From positions 64,001 through 128,000 of the forward strand of contig JANOQI010000041.1 in NCBI GenBank assembly GCA_031414775.1: DNA of 64,000 nucleotides, given 5' to 3'. The position numbers were made by a program, and so were the translations under genes. The notes under the pieces are model-generated. The model did no database searches, was not told the DNA's origin, and saw only the letters and a list, made by a program, of their open reading frames with translations. The stretch comes from Synechococcales cyanobacterium VAR_4_metabat_354 (GTDB taxonomy: Bacteria > Cyanobacteriota > Cyanobacteriia > Cyanobacteriales > Chamaesiphonaceae). This document shows positions 60,076 through 64,000 of this stretch, in pieces. The first letter of the stretch is position 1. The number at the start of each line of letters is the position of its first letter.

Positions 60076-60098
60076 AACTCTAATCACAAAAATGGTTT

Positions 60099-61382
60099 CT
60101 AAACCATCGCTGGTGTGGGCATGGTCAAATGAGGATAAAGAGGAAAGCGTTGGCATAGAGTTGATACCCGCTCCAAACATTTGGTGGCTACCGCTTCATC
60201 CTCAGGATTCAACAATCGATCAGCAATGATATTAGCAATCTCGGTGAATTCGGTAGTGCCCATGCCACGACTGGTCATGGCTGGGGAACCCAAACGCAAA
60301 CCACTGGTTACGAAGGGCGAGGCTGGATCAAAAGGTACGGTGTTTTTATTGGCGGTAATGTGTACTTCGCCGACTAGTCGATCGGCTTCTTTCCCAGTCA
60401 TTTCGATCGATTGCAGATCCACCAGCATTAAATGATTATCGGTGCCGCCCGAAACAATCTTTAGACCACGTGCTTGCAGTTGAGTAGCCATCGCCTGGGA
60501 GTTGGCAATCACGTTACCGCAGTAAGTCTTAAACTCTGGCCGTAGAGCTTCGCCAAAAGCTATCGCTTTGGCTGCAATCACATGCTCTAATGGACCGCCT
60601 TGGGTACCAGGAAAGACTGATTTATCCAGTCTTTTGCCCAGCTCGGCATCACGGGTCAAAATTAGACCACCTCGGGGACCACGCAGGGTTTTGTGAGTTG
60701 TCGTGGTCACCACGTCACAGTATTCGATCGGGCTAGGATGATGACCAGTGGCAACTAAGCCGGCAATGTGCGCGATATCGGCCATCAAATAAGCACCAAT
60801 CTCGTCAGCAATGGCGCGGAATTTAGGGAAGTCAATAATTCGAGAGTAGGCCGAATAGCCGCAGATCAACATCTTGGGACGATGTTTGAGAGCTAAGTCC
60901 CGAATCAGGTCGTAATCGAGCTGCTCGGTTTCTGGGCTAACACCATAGAAAGCCTTATCGAACCATAATCCTGAGATATTGACTGGTGAACCATGGGTCA
61001 AGTGACCACCGTGGGATAAGTCCATCCCCATGATTTTGTCACCTGGTTGCAGCAGGGTTAAAAATACGGCCAGATTGGCCTGAGCACCAGCGTGGGGCTG
61101 AACGTTAGCTGCTGCTGCTCCAAATAGTTTTTTGGCTCGATCGATCGCAATTTGTTCGATCTCATCGATAAATTCGCAGCCGCCATAGTAGCGCTTGCCG
61201 GGAAGTCCTTCAGCATACTTGTTGGTGAGGACAGAACCCTGGGCGGCCATTACTGCGGCGGAAGTGAAGTTCTCACTGGCGATCAGCTCTAGGTGATCGC
61301 GCTGGCGACCTAGTTCTGAGCCAATCAATTTAGCAATGGCAGGATCGTTATCTGCTAAAAATTCCAGGTTGGTTTTGGCCAT
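60099..61382 (-). CDS. glyA: Serine hydroxymethyltransferase
   Basis: [41 protein letters not shown]. Confidence 0.98.
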   Translation of the reverse strand: MAKTNLEFLADNDPAIAKLIGSELGRQRDHLELIASENFTSAAVMAAQGSVLTNKYAEGLPGKRYYGGCEFIDEIEQIAIDRAKKLFGAAAANVQPHAGAQANLAVFLTLLQPGDKIMGMDLSHGGHLTHGSPVNISGLWFDKAFYGVSPETEQLDYDLIRDLALKHRPKMLICGYSAYSRIIDFPKFRAIADEIGAYLMADIAHIAGLVATGHHPSPIEYCDVVTTTTHKTLRGPRGGLILTRDAELGKRLDKSVFPGTQGGPLEHVIAAKAIAFGEALRPEFKTYCGNVIANSQAMATQLQARGLKIVSGGTDNHLMLVDLQSIEMTGKEADRLVGEVHITANKNTVPFDPASPFVTSGLRLGSPAMTSRGMGTTEFTEIANIIADRLLNPEDEAVATKCLERVSTLCQRFPLYPHLTMPTPAMV

Positions 61383-61564
61383 GATGTTGGTGAATCTGAG
61401 GATTTTGGGATTTTAAGGATTGCTCCAGAGTCTGGAAGTAGCGGTTACAACGTATTTTCAGACAACTTTCATAATAACCTGCTTCGCTCGGGTGGAGTCT
61501 GAGGCTGCTGACTTTTGGCTGTGCTTTGAGGTTTGTTTTCGGTGGGCTTGACCTTCATTAATTA

Positions 61565-62497
61565 TTAACTAGCCAACAATCTTAGCTCCACCACTTCTGC
61601 CGCCGTCAACTCCCACCCCAAAGCCCCGGCATTCTGTTCCACTTGCGCCGCACTCTTAATCCCCGGAATCGGAATCACCCCCGGTTGAGCAATTAACCAA
61701 TTCAAAGCCACCTGTGCCGGAGTTTTGTCATATTTCTGCCCTAGCTCCTTTAACTGATTCAAAACTGGCTGCAACTTCGCCAACCCACCAGCCTGAAAAC
61801 GTTTATCCCAGCTCCGCGCCCCGGTGGGCACATTGCTACCATCATATTTACCTGTGAGCAATCCTTGCGCTAAAGGACTATAGGCCAAAATTGTCACCCC
61901 CAATTCTTGCGCTGCTGCTAACACCCCATTAGTTTCAATCTCTCGTGTAATCAGCGAATAGCGCATCTGATTCACTGCCAATGGCACCCCGCGCCGCGCT
62001 AGCAATTCCTGTGCTTCGTGCATTTGAGCCGCACTGTAATTGCTCACTCCTACTGCCTTCACCCGACCTTGCTGCACTTCGTCTGCTAGGGCATTCATTA
62101 AAGATTCTTGACTGAGTAGCAACGTGAACGGCCAGTGAATTTGATAGAGATCGATCGAAGGCATTTGCAATCTTTTCAGGCTAGCTGTCACCGCATCAGC
62201 GACATCTTCCGATCGCCAGCGCCAGGGTACCGGCATATACTTGGTCGCAATTTGGGTGGAAACCTGCGCCTCTTTTACAAATTTGCCTAACAATTCCTCG
62301 GACTTGCCCCAGCCATAGATTTCCGCAGTATCAAAAAAAGTAATGCCCTTATTTACCGCCGCCTGAAAAGCTTGGTGCAGTTCAGCTTCGCCATAATCTT
62401 TGCCATATCCCCAAAATAGACTATCGCCCCATGCCCAAGTGCCAAAGCCAAGTGGTGTCACCGGAATATCCGTACAGCCAAGTGTGGTAGTTGCCAT
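61565..62497 (-). CDS. Aldo/keto reductase
   Basis: GFGTW, FDTAEIYG, ATK, LYQIHWP, VGVSNY, AYSPL, IPG. Confidence 0.93.
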   Translation of the reverse strand: MATTTLGCTDIPVTPLGFGTWAWGDSLFWGYGKDYGEAELHQAFQAAVNKGITFFDTAEIYGWGKSEELLGKFVKEAQVSTQIATKYMPVPWRWRSEDVADAVTASLKRLQMPSIDLYQIHWPFTLLLSQESLMNALADEVQQGRVKAVGVSNYSAAQMHEAQELLARRGVPLAVNQMRYSLITREIETNGVLAAAQELGVTILAYSPLAQGLLTGKYDGSNVPTGARSWDKRFQAGGLAKLQPVLNQLKELGQKYDKTPAQVALNWLIAQPGVIPIPGIKSAAQVEQNAGALGWELTAAEVVELRLLAS

Positions 62498-62596
62498 AAC
62501 CTTAATGATCAGAGTGATGTTTTTCTATAGTCTAAACAAAATATCTCAAGCAAGCTTGCTAGACTAGTGAGAGTCCAAAGCTCATATTTATCACCC

Positions 62597-63193
62597 ATGC
62601 TTGGTAAGTTTCTCCATAAACCTAAACCCGAAGAAAGTAAGCGCGTGCCGCCTGGTCAATATTTGACCAATGGCTTCCCGATTATGACCTATGGCCAAAC
62701 TCCAGACGTTACCCGCAAAGAGTGGAAACTTAAAGTCTGGGGACTAGTTTCTCAACCGCTTACCTTTACCTGGGAAGATGTGATGAAACTGCCGCAGCAT
62801 GAATTTACTGTAGATTTTCACTGCGTAACCCGCTGGTCGAAGCTGGACGTGACCTGGAAGGGTTTTAAGATCGTGGATGTGATGAAGCTGGTGGGTGATC
62901 TAGATCCCGCCGCTGTTCATGTAATGGAGCATTGCTATGGTGGCTACACTACCAATTTGCCTTTGGCCGATTTTCTGCGGGATGAAAACTTTTTTGCCTA
63001 CGAGCTAAATGGTGAGCCACTGCCGAAAGAGCATGGTGGCCCGATGCGCACGATGGTGCCGCACTTGTATGCCTGGAAAAGCGCCAAGTGGATTAGTGGC
63101 ATTGAGCTTATCGATCGAGAGCAATCGGGATTTTGGGAAAAGAATGGTTACCATAAACGGGGCGAACCCTGGACAGAGGAGCGCTACAGTTAA
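62597..63193 (+). CDS. Sulfite oxidase-like molybdopterin oxidoreductase (YuiH-like)
   Basis: RVPPGQ, DFHCVTRWS, EHGGPMR, YAWKSAKW, GFWE-NGYH; start set at MLGKF. Confidence 0.9.
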   Translation: MLGKFLHKPKPEESKRVPPGQYLTNGFPIMTYGQTPDVTRKEWKLKVWGLVSQPLTFTWEDVMKLPQHEFTVDFHCVTRWSKLDVTWKGFKIVDVMKLVGDLDPAAVHVMEHCYGGYTTNLPLADFLRDENFFAYELNGEPLPKEHGGPMRTMVPHLYAWKSAKWISGIELIDREQSGFWEKNGYHKRGEPWTEERYS

Positions 63194-63453
63194 TGTTTAG
63201 AGTAGTTACCAAGGGTTTTGACGAATCATTCGACAGGTGGACGGATGCTTTAGCCGCTGGAAGTAAGCTGCGCCCCCAATGTCGTAGCTTTTTGCAAGAT
63301 ATTCGGATTTCGGAGCAAGGTAGTGTGGTGTGGGTCTATAGTCGTTCCCACGCCCATCCCATGTATTTTGGCGCTGGCACCTACGATCGATTGGCCAGAT
63401 TGTTCTTACTAGAGAATGCCTCAGAAATTGAATTAGAAGCAGAGGAATCCTAG
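63193..63453 (+). CDS. Hypothetical protein
   Basis: TAATG stop/start coupling with the upstream gene; 86 aa. Confidence 0.7.
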   Translation: MFRVVTKGFDESFDRWTDALAAGSKLRPQCRSFLQDIRISEQGSVVWVYSRSHAHPMYFGAGTYDRLARLFLLENASEIELEAEES

Positions 63454-63498
63454 CCTGACAAAAAAGCAAAATGCTGGTTTTCTCAATACGAGCGGCAC

Positions 63499-63533
63499 CA
63501 CCCCAACCCTAATCGTAATAGAGGGTTGGGGTG
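63499..63533. terminator. Hairpin between convergent genes
   Basis: CACCCCAACCCT-N11-AGGGTTGGGGTG. Confidence 0.7.
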
Positions 63534-63543
63534 ATGGTATATC

Positions 63544-64000
63544 TTAGCTCAACACCCAGTTCACCAACGTCCTCACCGGATGGCCAGTAGCACCAGCGTT
63601 ATTTACCCCGTTTTCCTTATCACTCCATACTGGACCTGCTACATCTAGATGTGCCCAAGGCACTTCTTTAATAAATTGCTTCAGAAATAAAGCCGCCGTA
63701 ATGGAGCCACCACCACGCGGACCAGTATTTTTTAGATCAGCGATTGGTGACTTAATGCCCTCAAAGTATTTGTCGTCTAGGGGCATTTGCCAGAATTTTT
63801 CCCCGGCGGCCGCCGCTGCGGCCAAAATACCATCTGCTAACTCTTGTTGAGGACTCCACAACCCAGAAATATCATCGCCCAAGGCAATAATACAAGCGCC
63901 AGTGAGGGTCGCTAGATCAACGATCGCATCCACACCCAGTTTTTCAGCATAAACTAAGGCATCAGCCAGCGTTAGCCGCCCTTCCGCGTCGGTGTTATTA
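63544..64000 (-). CDS. pepA: Leucyl aminopeptidase (M17), 3' part
   Basis: [14 protein letters not shown] at the window edge, [21 protein letters not shown]. Confidence 0.95.
   Translation of the reverse strand, partial: NNTDAEGRLTLADALVYAEKLGVDAIVDLATLTGACIIALGDDISGLWSPQQELADGILAAAAAAGEKFWQMPLDDKYFEGIKSPIADLKNTGPRGGGSITAALFLKQFIKEVPWAHLDVAGPVWSDKENGVNNAGATGHPVRTLVNWVLS

Overview
Chromosomal window of a phycobilisome-containing cyanobacterium (psbX, ycf66, ycf3, ndhB, desA, cpc genes; very frequent CGATCG, often as TCGATCGA or tandem GATC runs). Most genes are housekeeping (menC, HelY-like helicase, gatC, glmU, glyA, pepA, tRNA-Pro). Notable loci: (1) a contiguous rcaE-rcaF-rcaC-cpcB-cpcA-cpcH-cpcI chromatic-acclimation cluster with an L-box upstream of cpcB; (2) a coupled two-gene operon encoding a membrane Fe-S/HEAT/FHA/cNMP-fold protein and an FHA-flavin reductase-[2Fe-2S] protein, the best candidate here for an uncharacterised redox-signalling system; (3) an orphan one-module NRPS (truncated C-A-T-TE, glycine-like code); (4) a TauD dioxygenase-MFS pair at the start of an accessory stretch; (5) a foreign-looking Gly-rich repeat protein. 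Manual reading added psbX, a 59-aa small ORF with its own terminator, a start-less zinc-ribbon-like frame, a tRNA and several terminators. No CRISPR array, rRNA or recognisable transposase was seen. All family calls are from motif recognition by eye; no database search was run.
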